Below are positions 30,737-40,661 of a stretch of DNA of 64,000 nucleotides, piece by piece (position 1 is the first letter of the stretch; every line of letters begins with the position of its first letter). Position numbers and translations under genes: made by a program. Source of the stretch: Ruminococcus sp. (GTDB taxonomy: Bacteria > Bacillota > Clostridia > Oscillospirales > Acutalibacteraceae); NCBI GenBank assembly GCA_017411385.1, contig JAFQQF010000026.1, forward strand, positions 68,299 through 132,298. Reading direction: 5' to 3'. Under the pieces are notes generated by a model that was not told the origin of the DNA, did not search any database, and was given only the letters and a program-made list of their open reading frames with translations.

Positions 30737-31624
30737 TCACTCTATATTCTGAATCTGTTCGCGGATTTTTTCAATTTCCGACTTGATGTTTACAACCTGA
30801 TGGGCTAAAGCTGCATCCTGCACCTTAGAGCCAATAGTGTTTGCCTCGCGGTTCATTTCCTGCACAAGGAAGTCAAGTTTTCTGCCTATGGCACCTGTGG
30901 CACCCATAATGGAATTAAGCTGGTCAAAGTGACTGCGCAGACGAACTGTTTCCTCTGCAACTGCTACCTTATCTGCAAAAATCGCAACCTCGGTAAGCAC
31001 ACGTTGACGGTCAAAGGTATCATTGCCCACAAGCTCCTCAATACGTGCACAAAGGCGTTTTTCATACTCCTCAACAATTACAGGAGAACGCTCCTCAATA
31101 ATTGCAACTATGTCAAGGATGGTCTTCGCTCTTGACATTACGTCTGAGTAAAGTCTTTCGCCTTCAACCTCACGCATTACAATAAACTTGTCAACTGCTT
31201 CCTTTGCAACTGAAAGTACATCTTCAAGCACCTGTTCTTCGTTTTCGGGAGCTTTATGCACTGTGAGTACATCAGGAAAACGTGCAACGGTTGTGGCTGT
31301 GATGTCACTCTGCACATTGTAGCTTTCTGCAATTTCAGAAAGAGCTTTGAAGTAACCTGAAGCAAGAGCATGGTTTACGTTTACTGTGCAATCCTCAGAC
31401 TCACCTGTGGAAACAACAGAAACATACATATCAATCTTACCTCTTGATACTCTGGAGCTTACATAGGATTTAAGCTTTTCTTCAAGAAAAGCATAGCCTC
31501 TGGAGGTACGGCAGGAAAACTCAAAATACTTGTGATTTACACTTTTGAGCTCAACTGTGATTTCTTTGCCGTTAAGCACAGCCTCTCCTCTGCCGTAACC
31601 TGTCATAGATTTAATCATCAACAC
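30737..31624 (-). CDS. yloC: YicC/YloC-family endoribonuclease
   Basis: [52 protein letters not shown]. Confidence 0.94.
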   Translation of the reverse strand: MLMIKSMTGYGRGEAVLNGKEITVELKSVNHKYFEFSCRTSRGYAFLEEKLKSYVSSRVSRGKIDMYVSVVSTGESEDCTVNVNHALASGYFKALSEIAESYNVQSDITATTVARFPDVLTVHKAPENEEQVLEDVLSVAKEAVDKFIVMREVEGERLYSDVMSRAKTILDIVAIIEERSPVIVEEYEKRLCARIEELVGNDTFDRQRVLTEVAIFADKVAVAEETVRLRSHFDQLNSIMGATGAIGRKLDFLVQEMNREANTIGSKVQDAALAHQVVNIKSEIEKIREQIQNIE

Positions 31625-31764
31625 TCATCCTTTCCATAATTTAACTTGGATTTGATGGCGTTTATCCTTTGCTTTTTTGCCTTTGATAAACGTTCATAAT
31701 ATTATATCATTATGAATTTATATATACAATAGTTTTGTAACCAAATTGTAACCATTAAAATAAT

Positions 31765-31793
31765 TTGCAAATACTGTATATATGTGCTATAAT
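31765..31793 (+). promoter_or_regulatory. sigma-A promoter for the yebC-family gene
   Basis: TTGCAA-N17-TATAAT with extended -10 TG. Confidence 0.7.
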
Positions 31794-31826
31794 CTCTGTG
31801 ATAATTTTATAAAGGGATGAATTTTT

Positions 31827-32564
31827 ATGTCAGGACATAATAAATGGAGCACCATTAAACAGAAAAAAGGCAAGAACGATGCTGCTCGTGCCAAGATTTT
31901 CACTAAAATCGGCAGAGAGCTCATTGTAGCAGTTAAGGAAGGCGGAAGTGCTGACCCTGCTGTTAACTCAAAACTTCGTGATTGCATTGCTAAAGCGAAG
32001 GCAAATAACGTTCCCAACGACAACATCGACAGAATCATCAAAAAAGCCGCAGGCGAAGGCGACTCTACCAACTACGAGTCAGTTACCTATGAAGGCTACG
32101 GCGCATCAGGTGTTGCTGTTATTGTTGAAGCACTTACAGACAACCGTAACCGTACTGCAGGCGATGTTCGCCACTACTTCGATAAATTCGGCGGCAACAT
32201 GGGAACTCCCGGCTGTGTTAGCTTTATGTTTGAGCAGAAGGGTGTTATCGTAATTGACCGTGAGGACTTAGAGGCTGATGAAGATACAGTTATGGAGCAC
32301 TCACTTGAGGCCGGTGCTGCTGACTTTGAGGCTGACGAGGATGTATTCACAGTTTATACAGAAGCTTCAGATATGGGTGCAGTTCGTGATGACCTCGCCG
32401 CAAAGGGCTATACCTTCGTAACCGCAGAGGTTGCTATGGTTCCCAACACCTACGTTAAGGTTGAGGACAAGGAAATTCAGGAGAAGCTTCAGAAAATGCT
32501 TGATATGTTTGAGGATAACGACGACATCCAGAACGTATGGCACAACTGGGAAATGACTGAGTAA
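31827..32564 (+). CDS. YebC/PmpR-family protein
   Basis: MSGHNKWSTIK, YEGYG..GVA, TDNRNRT, DDIQNVWHN. Confidence 0.96.
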   Translation: MSGHNKWSTIKQKKGKNDAARAKIFTKIGRELIVAVKEGGSADPAVNSKLRDCIAKAKANNVPNDNIDRIIKKAAGEGDSTNYESVTYEGYGASGVAVIVEALTDNRNRTAGDVRHYFDKFGGNMGTPGCVSFMFEQKGVIVIDREDLEADEDTVMEHSLEAGAADFEADEDVFTVYTEASDMGAVRDDLAAKGYTFVTAEVAMVPNTYVKVEDKEIQEKLQKMLDMFEDNDDIQNVWHNWEMTE

Positions 32565-32578
32565 TCAATATATAACAG

Positions 32579-32608
32579 AAAGGTACTGAAATAATCAGTA
32601 CCTTTTTT
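32579..32608 (+). terminator. Intrinsic terminator after the yebC-family gene
   Basis: AAAGGTACTGA-aataa-TCAGTACCTTT plus T-tract. Confidence 0.75.
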
Positions 32609-32698
32609 CTTTTGCGTTTATATGTGAATTTAATTTCCAAAAGTAACCTCTCTCTCCTTTCGCAAGGTATACTTAGCGAAGGAACTGGAGGTGGCTGA

Positions 32699-33787
32699 AT
32701 GAAAACACTTAAAGTTAAAATGCTTTTAATCACTTTTACAGCTTTACTCATCTTGTTTGGAAGTACAACAAACTATGTTCAGGCTACATCCAAAGAATTC
32801 TCAGCTACTGATTATGAAACCGACAAAACATACATAATCACTCCAACAGAAAGCGGAACAAGCATCAGCTCAGACAGCTTTTACATACTTTTACCTATGA
32901 GTACCCCTGTGCTCTCATGCTGTGTTAATAAGGGAGTTGTCCATATACTGACTTATGCTGATAATGATGACAGCCATTGTGCTGCATATTATTCTGTTGA
33001 CACAAGCAATTGTAATTTTAGTTATACTATAATTCCTGAACTGCCCATTGCCGCTGATGAAATCAGATTTTCTGTTGATGCTGAAAATAATTTCTATCTT
33101 ATTGACAGGTACAACAATAGAATTGTTAACAGATATCGCAACGGTGTTATAACGTCTTTTGACCTAAACGCAACCGTGAACCAAATTCTTTGTCCGGATG
33201 GATACGCAGCTGTAATCTTAACCGAAAAAGGAATATTTAATATTAACAACACCGGTGCTTCAATAGTTTCTTCAGTTATACCGGAACCTCCCTGTGTTTA
33301 TATAGGAAATGCTATCATTGCAGATGCCGAAGGCACAAGATACGCCTATGAAAATGGTTGTCTTATCCCTTATGAAGTCGAAACTACAGCTTGCGAAACC
33401 ACCACACCAAACGTTAACAGTAACACAAGCATTGTTATAAAGGACTCCTGCATTATTGTTCCACAAGGCTTAACCGTTGCAAAGCTTTACAAAAGCCTTG
33501 GACTTTCCAAGAATGATTTGACTGTTTACAAAGCAAACGGCTCTGTGCTTTCTCAGGGGACACTAGGTACAGGAATGACGGCACGCTTTGACGGTAAAAA
33601 CTACAACGTGGTTATTTACGGAGAGCTTACGGGCGAAGGTAATATTAACTCCAGAGATTTAAAGCTTCTTATGGAGCACCTGACAGGTGAAGCAAAGCTT
33701 AACTCTGTTCAAAGACTTTCTGCTGATATAAACAAAGACGGAAATATATGCACCAAAGATTTGCTTCTTCTTTCAAGAATGTACTGA
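32699..33787 (+). CDS. Secreted protein with C-terminal type I dockerin
   Basis: Signal peptide; GELTGEGNINSRD...ADINKDGNICTKD duplicated Ca-loop motif. Confidence 0.75.
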   Translation: MKTLKVKMLLITFTALLILFGSTTNYVQATSKEFSATDYETDKTYIITPTESGTSISSDSFYILLPMSTPVLSCCVNKGVVHILTYADNDDSHCAAYYSVDTSNCNFSYTIIPELPIAADEIRFSVDAENNFYLIDRYNNRIVNRYRNGVITSFDLNATVNQILCPDGYAAVILTEKGIFNINNTGASIVSSVIPEPPCVYIGNAIIADAEGTRYAYENGCLIPYEVETTACETTTPNVNSNTSIVIKDSCIIVPQGLTVAKLYKSLGLSKNDLTVYKANGSVLSQGTLGTGMTARFDGKNYNVVIYGELTGEGNINSRDLKLLMEHLTGEAKLNSVQRLSADINKDGNICTKDLLLLSRMY

Positions 33788-33792
33788 TACAC

Positions 33793-33822
33793 AAAAAGCG
33801 ACAGTTTTTACACTGTCGCTTT
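33793..33822. terminator. Terminator between convergent genes
   Basis: AAAGCGACAGT...ACTGTCGCTTT inverted repeat. Confidence 0.7.
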
Positions 33823-33835
33823 AATTATGGATTTA

Positions 33836-34777
33836 TTACTTTTCAACCTTTGTATAACCTACTCCGTCAAGAACAAGGTTGCCCTTGTCGAGATAGTAAT
33901 GGAAGGTTCCGTCTTCTTTCTGACCACCGTAGTAATCAAGGGTAATGAGAATTTCATCCTCGTAAACAGTGTACTTGAACGTGTACTCCATGCCAAGTCC
34001 GTAGCCCATATACTCGCTGAAAGTATAGTTAGAAAGATAAGAGCCGGTGCCATCTGCATTAAAGGTATATGTACCGTACATTTCCTCGGTCCATGTGCCT
34101 ACAATACCATCAACAATGTTAAGCTCGGTGATACCAAGCTCATCTGCTGAAGCATGGGTAATATTCTCAGGCTCAACCTCGTGCTCAGGAAGCTTTGTTT
34201 TGATAAATTCCAGACTTCCTGCAGGAAATGTAAGAGTCATAATCCGCTTGTTGTCAGAATAGGTTACTTGAGCCTGACCGCCGTAAGAAGCAATGAAGTA
34301 GAAGTCAGATGTAATTATGTCAACTCCGTCTACCCTTTCTGTTTCGTAGGTTCCAAAATAACGGATACCGCCACCATCCATTGAAACATTACCGTCTTTG
34401 TCAAACACAAAATAAGTACCTGAATCGGGTGCTTCAGCAAGCACAAAAGTACCGTTAATACAGGGCTTGAAGAAAGCATTATAAACAAGCACAACAGAGC
34501 TTACAAGAATTGCTGTAACAAGAAAAGCTATAGTTGCGATAATGATAGGCTTCTGAACAATAGCTTTCTTCGCAGGCTTAAGAAGCTCTTCTGTTTCTTT
34601 TGCCACTTCTTCCTCGGAAAGATTCACACCATAGCGTGACATTTCTTCCTCAATATCCTGCTGAGTTACATCAAGGGTCGATGCTGTATCATCAGCTGCT
34701 ACATCCTCTGAAATAACTTCTGTTGTTTCCTCAGAAACGCTCTCGCCTGTAAGAATTTCTTCGTTATTTATATTCAT
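33836..34777 (-). CDS. Membrane-anchored hypothetical protein with two beta-rich repeats (DUF5640-like)
   Basis: Acidic N-terminus, one TM helix, repeated IxGT(F/W)...F..DG motif. Confidence 0.55.
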   Translation of the reverse strand: MNINNEEILTGESVSEETTEVISEDVAADDTASTLDVTQQDIEEEMSRYGVNLSEEEVAKETEELLKPAKKAIVQKPIIIATIAFLVTAILVSSVVLVYNAFFKPCINGTFVLAEAPDSGTYFVFDKDGNVSMDGGGIRYFGTYETERVDGVDIITSDFYFIASYGGQAQVTYSDNKRIMTLTFPAGSLEFIKTKLPEHEVEPENITHASADELGITELNIVDGIVGTWTEEMYGTYTFNADGTGSYLSNYTFSEYMGYGLGMEYTFKYTVYEDEILITLDYYGGQKEDGTFHYYLDKGNLVLDGVGYTKVEK

Positions 34778-34994
34778 TATTATACCTCCAAAATATAAAC
34801 TCCTATTATATTACTATTTTTTTTAAAATAAATCAACATATTTTATTTGATGATTATGTGAATACTTTCAGAGCACTTTGGCATATTTTATCCTAATTAC
34901 CTTTTTCTATTGAATTTTTCAAAAACTGATGCTAAAATATTAATAATTATTGTCTTGGATATAATTTACATTTTATATAAATGGGGATTTGATT

Positions 34995-36716
34995 ATGAAT
35001 TATATGGATATTTACAAGCAGTGGCTTGAGAATGCTACTGACGACCCTGCTCTCACAGAAGAGCTCAAAGCAATTGAAGGCAACGATAAAGAGATTCACG
35101 ACCGCTTCTACAGACAGCTTGAGTTCGGCACAGCAGGACTCAGAGGAACTCTGGGAGCAGGTACCAACAGAATGAACATTTATGTTGTACGTCAGGCTAC
35201 TCAGGGTCTTGCTAACTATGTTAACAAAAAATTCGGCGGCGGTGCTGTTGCAATTTCTCACGACAGCAGAATCAATGCTGACGTATTTATGCTTGAAGCT
35301 GCCCGTGTTCTTGCTGCAAACGGCATCAAGGTTTACATCACAAAGGAGCTTCAACCCACACCTGTGCTCAGCTACCTTGTACGTCACTTCGGCTGTCAGG
35401 CAGGTATTATGGTTACTGCAAGCCATAACCCTGCCGCTTATAACGGCTATAAAGCTTACGGCGAAGATGGCTGTCAGATGACAGACGTATCCGCAGGCAT
35501 TGTTTATGACGAAATCTGCAGTCTTGATATGTTCACAGGTGCTAAGCTTTGTGACCTTTCAGAAGCTGTACAGAGTGGTATCGTTGAATACGTTGATGAC
35601 AGCGTTTACACAGAATATCTTGCTGAGGTAAAAAAACAGCAGATTAATCCCGGCATCTGCAAAGGCTCTGACCTTTCAGTTGTATATACACCTCTTAACG
35701 GCACAGGTAACAAGCTTGTTCGCCGTGTACTTTCAGAGATAGGTATTGAGAACGTTTCTATTGTAAAAGAGCAGGAGCTTCCTGACGGCAACTTCACAAC
35801 CTGCCCCTTCCCCAACCCCGAAATTGAAGAAGCTCTGGAGCTGGGACTTAAGATGTGCAACGAGTTAAAGCCTGACCTGCTTCTTGCCACAGACCCTGAT
35901 GCTGACAGAGTTGGTATTGCCGTGCCCGATGAAGACGGAAGCTACCGCCTTATCACAGGTAACGAAACAGGCATTATGCTCACCGACTATATCCTCAGAT
36001 GCAGAAAAGAAAACGGCACTCTGCCAAAAAATCCTATTATTGTAAAAACTATCGTTTCCACCATTCTTATAAAGCGTATCTGTAAAAAGTACGGCTGTGC
36101 TATGGTTGATGTTCTCACAGGCTTCAAATATATCGGTGAGGTTATCCTTGGTCTTGAGCAGAAAGGCGAAACAGACAGATACCTCTTCGGCTTTGAGGAA
36201 AGCTACGGCTACCTTGCAGGTACCTATGTACGCGATAAGGATGCTGTAGTTGCTTCTATGCTCATTGCTGAAATGGCTGCTTACTATAAAAAGCAGGGCA
36301 AAACCCTCTCTCAGGTAATTGACGAGCTTTACCACGAGTATGGCTATTACTATAACAAAACCCTTAACTTCTACTTTGAGGGTGCAGAGGGTATGCAGAA
36401 GATGTCCGAACTTATGGATAATCTCCGTGCTGACGCTCCTAAGGAGATTGCAAGCTTCAAGGTTGAGGGTATCTGCGATTACTTTGAAAGCATCGATACA
36501 GACCTTGTAACAGGCAACACAGAAAGTATCAACCTGCCCAAGTCAAACGTGCTCTCCTACTCCCTTGAGGGTGGCAATGCGGCTATTGTACGTCCCAGCG
36601 GCACCGAACCTAAGATTAAGCTTTACCTCACCTCCGTTGGCAAAGACAAGGCTGACGCTCTGGCTATTATGGACAAACTTGAAGTATCTGCTAAGGCACT
36701 TCTGGGTGTAGACTAA
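34995..36716 (+). CDS. pgm: Phosphoglucomutase/phosphomannomutase
   Basis: FGTAGLRG, TASHNP phosphoserine loop, DPDADR metal loop, GFEESYG, RPSGTEPKIK. Confidence 0.95.
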   Translation: MNYMDIYKQWLENATDDPALTEELKAIEGNDKEIHDRFYRQLEFGTAGLRGTLGAGTNRMNIYVVRQATQGLANYVNKKFGGGAVAISHDSRINADVFMLEAARVLAANGIKVYITKELQPTPVLSYLVRHFGCQAGIMVTASHNPAAYNGYKAYGEDGCQMTDVSAGIVYDEICSLDMFTGAKLCDLSEAVQSGIVEYVDDSVYTEYLAEVKKQQINPGICKGSDLSVVYTPLNGTGNKLVRRVLSEIGIENVSIVKEQELPDGNFTTCPFPNPEIEEALELGLKMCNELKPDLLLATDPDADRVGIAVPDEDGSYRLITGNETGIMLTDYILRCRKENGTLPKNPIIVKTIVSTILIKRICKKYGCAMVDVLTGFKYIGEVILGLEQKGETDRYLFGFEESYGYLAGTYVRDKDAVVASMLIAEMAAYYKKQGKTLSQVIDELYHEYGYYYNKTLNFYFEGAEGMQKMSELMDNLRADAPKEIASFKVEGICDYFESIDTDLVTGNTESINLPKSNVLSYSLEGGNAAIVRPSGTEPKIKLYLTSVGKDKADALAIMDKLEVSAKALLGVD

Positions 36717-36810
36717 AATTTATATATTACAACGCAACAGCTCCGAGTATCTAAGGATATTCGGAGTTTTATTTTTTTCCAAAAAGTTCTCATAGAACCA
36801 ACTATTTATA

Positions 36811-36839
36811 TTGACATTTTCGAACAGCTGTTCTATAAT
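36811..36839 (+). promoter_or_regulatory. Consensus sigma-A promoter of dinB with LexA box 1 in the spacer
   Basis: TTGACA-N17-TATAAT; CGAACAGCTGTTCT at 36821-36834 fits the Firmicutes SOS box GAAC-N4-GTTC. Confidence 0.9.
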
Positions 36840-36848
36840 ACTTGTATA

Positions 36849-36862
36849 AGAACATCTGTTCT
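36849..36862. promoter_or_regulatory. LexA box 2
   Basis: AGAACATCTGTTCT, GAAC-N4-GTTC, downstream of the -10. Confidence 0.85.
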
Positions 36863-36905
36863 ATTTAGCGAATGTACGAATACGCAAAAAGCAGGATGAG
36901 GTATT

Positions 36906-38147
36906 ATGAGAGTTATATTGCACAGTGACTGCAACGGCTTCTTTGCAAGTGTTGAATGTCTTTATAATCCCGATATACGGCAAAAACCTGTGGCTGTATG
37001 CGGAGATGCAGAGGCACGCCACGGAATCATATTGGCAAAAAACGAAATAGCCAAGAAATACAAAGTACAGACAGGTGAAGCAATCTGGCAGGCAAAGCAA
37101 AAATGCCCTGAGCTGGTAGTTGCAAAGGCACACTACGACAGATACCTGAGGTTTTCTAAGATGGCAGGCAGGATATATGCAGATTACTCCGATATGATTG
37201 AACCCTTCGGACTGGATGAATCTTGGATTGACATTACCGCAAACGTTGATAACTTTGATGATGGCTACCGCATTGCAGAAGAAATCAGACAGAGAGTAAA
37301 ATATGAGCTGGGAATTACTGTCAGCATCGGAGTAAGCTTCAACAAAATATTTGCAAAGCTTGGAAGCGACTACAAAAAGCCCGATGCAGTAACGGTTATC
37401 ACACCTGAGAATTACAAGGAAATCGTCTATCCCCTGCCCGCGGAATGTCTTTTGGGTGTAGGCAAAGCTACAAAGAAAGCTCTGCACACATTGGGAATAT
37501 ACACTATCGGGGATATAGCAAAGGCATCAAGAGAGCTTCTGCACTCACACTTGGGAAAGTTCGGAGATAGCCTGCACACCTTTGCAAAGGGCTATGACAG
37601 CTCCCCCGTAAAACCTTTGGGATATGAGAGAATCCCCAAATCCATAGGCAACTCCACCACCCCTTCGCGGGATATGAAGAACACAGAGGATGCAAAAATC
37701 GTTCTGGGTGTGCTTTGTGACAGTGTTTGCCGAAGAGCAAGAGAACAGCATCTTCGTGCCAAAACAGTAAGTATAAACATCCGTGACAAGGATTTATTTA
37801 TTATAAACAGGCAAGAAAAACTAAACCGAAGTACAAATATCAATCAGGAGATTACGGCTGTGGCAATGAAGCTTCTCAGAGAAAATTACAGTTTCTCAAA
37901 GCCTGTACGAAGTATCGGTGTTACTCTTTCGGATTTTGTGCCGGACACATATTCCGAACAGACAAGTCTGTTCGTAGATGAACACAAGCGCGAACGGCTT
38001 ATGGAACTTGACAAGTCTGTTGACGTACTGAAAAAACGATTCGGAAGCTTTTGTGTAAGGCCTGCAAATATGCTGTCAGACAAGGTGCTTTCGGGATTTT
38101 CACCCAAAGAGGAAAATATTGTTCACCCAGTGGGATATTTTACGTAA
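36906..38147 (+). CDS. dinB: DNA polymerase IV (Y family)
   Basis: HSDCNGFFASVE, LDESWID, SFNKIFAKLGSD, KSIGNSTT, VRSIGV. Confidence 0.95.
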   Translation: MRVILHSDCNGFFASVECLYNPDIRQKPVAVCGDAEARHGIILAKNEIAKKYKVQTGEAIWQAKQKCPELVVAKAHYDRYLRFSKMAGRIYADYSDMIEPFGLDESWIDITANVDNFDDGYRIAEEIRQRVKYELGITVSIGVSFNKIFAKLGSDYKKPDAVTVITPENYKEIVYPLPAECLLGVGKATKKALHTLGIYTIGDIAKASRELLHSHLGKFGDSLHTFAKGYDSSPVKPLGYERIPKSIGNSTTPSRDMKNTEDAKIVLGVLCDSVCRRAREQHLRAKTVSINIRDKDLFIINRQEKLNRSTNINQEITAVAMKLLRENYSFSKPVRSIGVTLSDFVPDTYSEQTSLFVDEHKRERLMELDKSVDVLKKRFGSFCVRPANMLSDKVLSGFSPKEENIVHPVGYFT

Positions 38148-38190
38148 ATAAAAAGCCGTCGCAGATTGACGGCAGAAAGGGATTTTCACT

Positions 38191-38436
38191 ATGAAGCAAT
38201 ATGTATCTGTAACCGCAAGGTTTGACTGTGACGGAAATCTTCTGCCCATAGCAATTCATTGGAAAGACGGCAGAAGCTTCGAAATCGACAGAGTTCTTGA
38301 CATAAGATACGCCGCCTCTATGAAAGCAGGCGGCGCGGGGATTCGTTATTCCTGCAGAATTGCAGGTCAGAAGCGGTATCTTTTTTTAGAGGATAACCGC
38401 TGGTTTGTAGACAGCCGAGAGGCTGTGTGTACTTAA
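38191..38436 (+). CDS. Small conserved-looking hypothetical protein downstream of dinB
   Basis: AAAGGG RBS; beta-rich sequence WKDGRSFEIDRVLD..KAGGAGIRYSCRI. Confidence 0.75.
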   Translation: MKQYVSVTARFDCDGNLLPIAIHWKDGRSFEIDRVLDIRYAASMKAGGAGIRYSCRIAGQKRYLFLEDNRWFVDSREAVCT

Positions 38437-38440
38437 AGAC

Positions 38441-38947
38441 TTACTCCTGTGAAAATACTACATCATAGCTTCTGTGGGGCATTATTAGCTCCGTAACATT
38501 AAGGTCAGAATCCACCTTTAAAACAGTAGCAATTTCTGTTGTATCGTTGTTATAGAGCAGTTCAATCTGAGTGTCAGAAATAATTTTATAAGTTCCGCTT
38601 TCGTTATCTACATTGCCGAAAACACCGATAAAGGTTGTGAAGGTACCGTCTTCCTTAAAGCAAAGAGAGCCGCCGTAATCGCGGTAGCTTGAGCCGTATA
38701 CCAAAGAAATACCCACTTCATTTCCGTCAGCATCAAAGGCATTGACAGGAGCGTAGGAACTTAGGAGTTTTATTGTTATCTCCTCCCCTTGTGTTGTAAC
38801 CGCTTCGGTTGTTGCTTCTGAGGGCTTCTGCGTAGCAGTTGCAGAAGGCTGAGTATTGTCGGTATTACCCGGCTTGCAGGCTGTGAACACACAGCAAAGA
38901 ACCAATACAGCAAGAATTAATGCAAATAGCTTTTTCATTTTATTCAT
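38441..38947 (-). CDS. Hypothetical lipoprotein
   Basis: Lipobox VFTAC after a signal peptide, Thr/Ser/Pro linker; start overlaps the upstream stop. Confidence 0.7.
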   Translation of the reverse strand: MNKMKKLFALILAVLVLCCVFTACKPGNTDNTQPSATATQKPSEATTEAVTTQGEEITIKLLSSYAPVNAFDADGNEVGISLVYGSSYRDYGGSLCFKEDGTFTTFIGVFGNVDNESGTYKIISDTQIELLYNNDTTEIATVLKVDSDLNVTELIMPHRSYDVVFSQE

Positions 38948-39911
38948 TGTTTGCTTCCTCCAGTTTCTCAATCAAAGTTTTTCTTTTTACCATTTTTCCC
39001 TGATAGAATATATATTCCTCTCCGTCGCCTTTTTTAAGCTCATCAAGATTAACCTCAGGTTTTACAGCCTCTTCGTAAGCTTCTCCTTTAGGGCGTATAT
39101 CGGGCGCAGGAGCAGATTCATTGTTCTTTGAAATATCTTCGCCTGCTATAACCGAACGCATATTGGGATAAAGATAGTTGCTGATAATCATAGCACAAGG
39201 TGTGGGTATGAGCACAGCCAAAGCGAAAGCTCCGTAAGCAATAAGAAGAAATTTTATGGTGTCAGCAGGCAAAAGACTTGCCATATAGGAGATAATCATT
39301 ATAGGGGTAAGAACCACACAGAGGTAAGCAGCGGTGCCCAAAGTAGCGAAGAAATTCTGTTTAGCTTCACCGAATGTCATCAGAGCACTGTTTTTATAAA
39401 TATCTTTAAGCTTCAAATCAAAAGAAACAGTCATCAAAGGTACTGCGTAAAACATAAACAGAAAGAAAACACAGATTACAATAGCGATAAAAAGGAAGAT
39501 ATAGAAAAACCAACCTAATGATGTAAGTGCACTATATACGCTAACGCTGAAATAACAAATCAGATATGCCACATACAGAAGAAAACCGTTAAGTAAAAAC
39601 TTGAGTCCGTTTTCTTTAACTGCTGTAAGGTATTTTCCGAAAAGCCCCTCAGGTCTTATCCCCTGTGAAAACTCACGGGACAAAGCCACAACACCTGAGT
39701 AAAAAGGACTTGCAAGCACAAGCGAAAACGGCAACACCACAGGAACTATCGGCAAAAGATAAACACATAGTACATAAGCGATTGCAACGGAGCAAAGAAG
39801 CGGTATCGCAAAAATCAGATTAATTAGCATCATGGGCAAAAGATTAGACCAGAGATTGCTTATGAGAAGCTCAAACCCCAGTTTTTTTCTTTCCTGATTC
39901 ATATCAAACAT
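38940..39911 (-). CDS. YesL/DUF624-like membrane protein
   Basis: Multiple TM helices; NLWSNL..MLINLIF, K.IYKNSALM pattern. Confidence 0.65.
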   Translation of the reverse strand: MFDMNQERKKLGFELLISNLWSNLLPMMLINLIFAIPLLCSVAIAYVLCVYLLPIVPVVLPFSLVLASPFYSGVVALSREFSQGIRPEGLFGKYLTAVKENGLKFLLNGFLLYVAYLICYFSVSVYSALTSLGWFFYIFLFIAIVICVFFLFMFYAVPLMTVSFDLKLKDIYKNSALMTFGEAKQNFFATLGTAAYLCVVLTPIMIISYMASLLPADTIKFLLIAYGAFALAVLIPTPCAMIISNYLYPNMRSVIAGEDISKNNESAPAPDIRPKGEAYEEAVKPEVNLDELKKGDGEEYIFYQGKMVKRKTLIEKLEEANNE

Positions 39912-39927
39912 CCTATTCTTTAGTCAT

Positions 39928-40629
39928 TTAAAAAAACAATCCTGAAAAAGCAGACCACAACAGCATATCAGCTAAGGCGGCAACTGCAGTCATCATCAGC
40001 ATATACAAACTTCGCATAAGAAAGCTGCGGACATAAACAGACACTGGTTGAATATTTTCTCCCGATGTAAAAACAGACCTTGCGATTTTACACGAAAGGT
40101 AATGTGCCTGTATACATTCAAGTATCAAAGCAAAGGAGAAAATAAAGGTACCGGTAAGAACTACAAGCAGATAAAAGCCTACACCGCGAAAACCGTATGT
40201 AACAAACAAATATCCTGCAGAAAGTCCGACACCAAAGCCCTTGAAGGCAGGAGATAAAAAAGCAAGTGCCATCCCCCACGGAGCAAGTCCGCACATAAAC
40301 ACAAAGCCAAGAAAAATAAAATTAGAAGCAAACGCAGCTGCAAATGTCGAAAAGGCAGGCTGGTCAATCCTTGCACTAAGGTTAGTGGTAAACAAAAAGT
40401 TCAAGCTTTCAAGAAGCTCTTTGTCTGCACTTCTGGCATACAAGGAGCCCATAAGCAAGCCACAAGCATACACAAAGGTATAGAAGATTGTGGTTCCGTA
40501 GCGCTTAAAAAGTGCAGATACCTCTGTGTAGTTACGCGTAACAATTGCATTACGTTTTTTTGTTCTTCTTGGTAGTGTAAATACAATTCCTCTCATAAGC
40601 TCCTCCATATTACGGTTGTCCGTATTCAA
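39928..40629 (-). CDS. spoIIM: Stage II sporulation protein M-like membrane protein
   Basis: Five TM helices, FKGFGVGLSAGYL pattern; sigma-E-like promoter upstream. Confidence 0.7.
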   Translation of the reverse strand: MNTDNRNMEELMRGIVFTLPRRTKKRNAIVTRNYTEVSALFKRYGTTIFYTFVYACGLLMGSLYARSADKELLESLNFLFTTNLSARIDQPAFSTFAAAFASNFIFLGFVFMCGLAPWGMALAFLSPAFKGFGVGLSAGYLFVTYGFRGVGFYLLVVLTGTFIFSFALILECIQAHYLSCKIARSVFTSGENIQPVSVYVRSFLMRSLYMLMMTAVAALADMLLWSAFSGLFF

Positions 40630-40632
40630 TAA

Positions 40633-40661
40633 AGCTTATGAGATTAAAACAAAAATTATGC
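40633..40661 (-). promoter_or_regulatory. Putative sigma-E promoter for spoIIM, overlapping the proC stop
   Basis: GCATAA...CATAAGCT with ATA-N16-CATAnnnT spacing. Confidence 0.6.
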
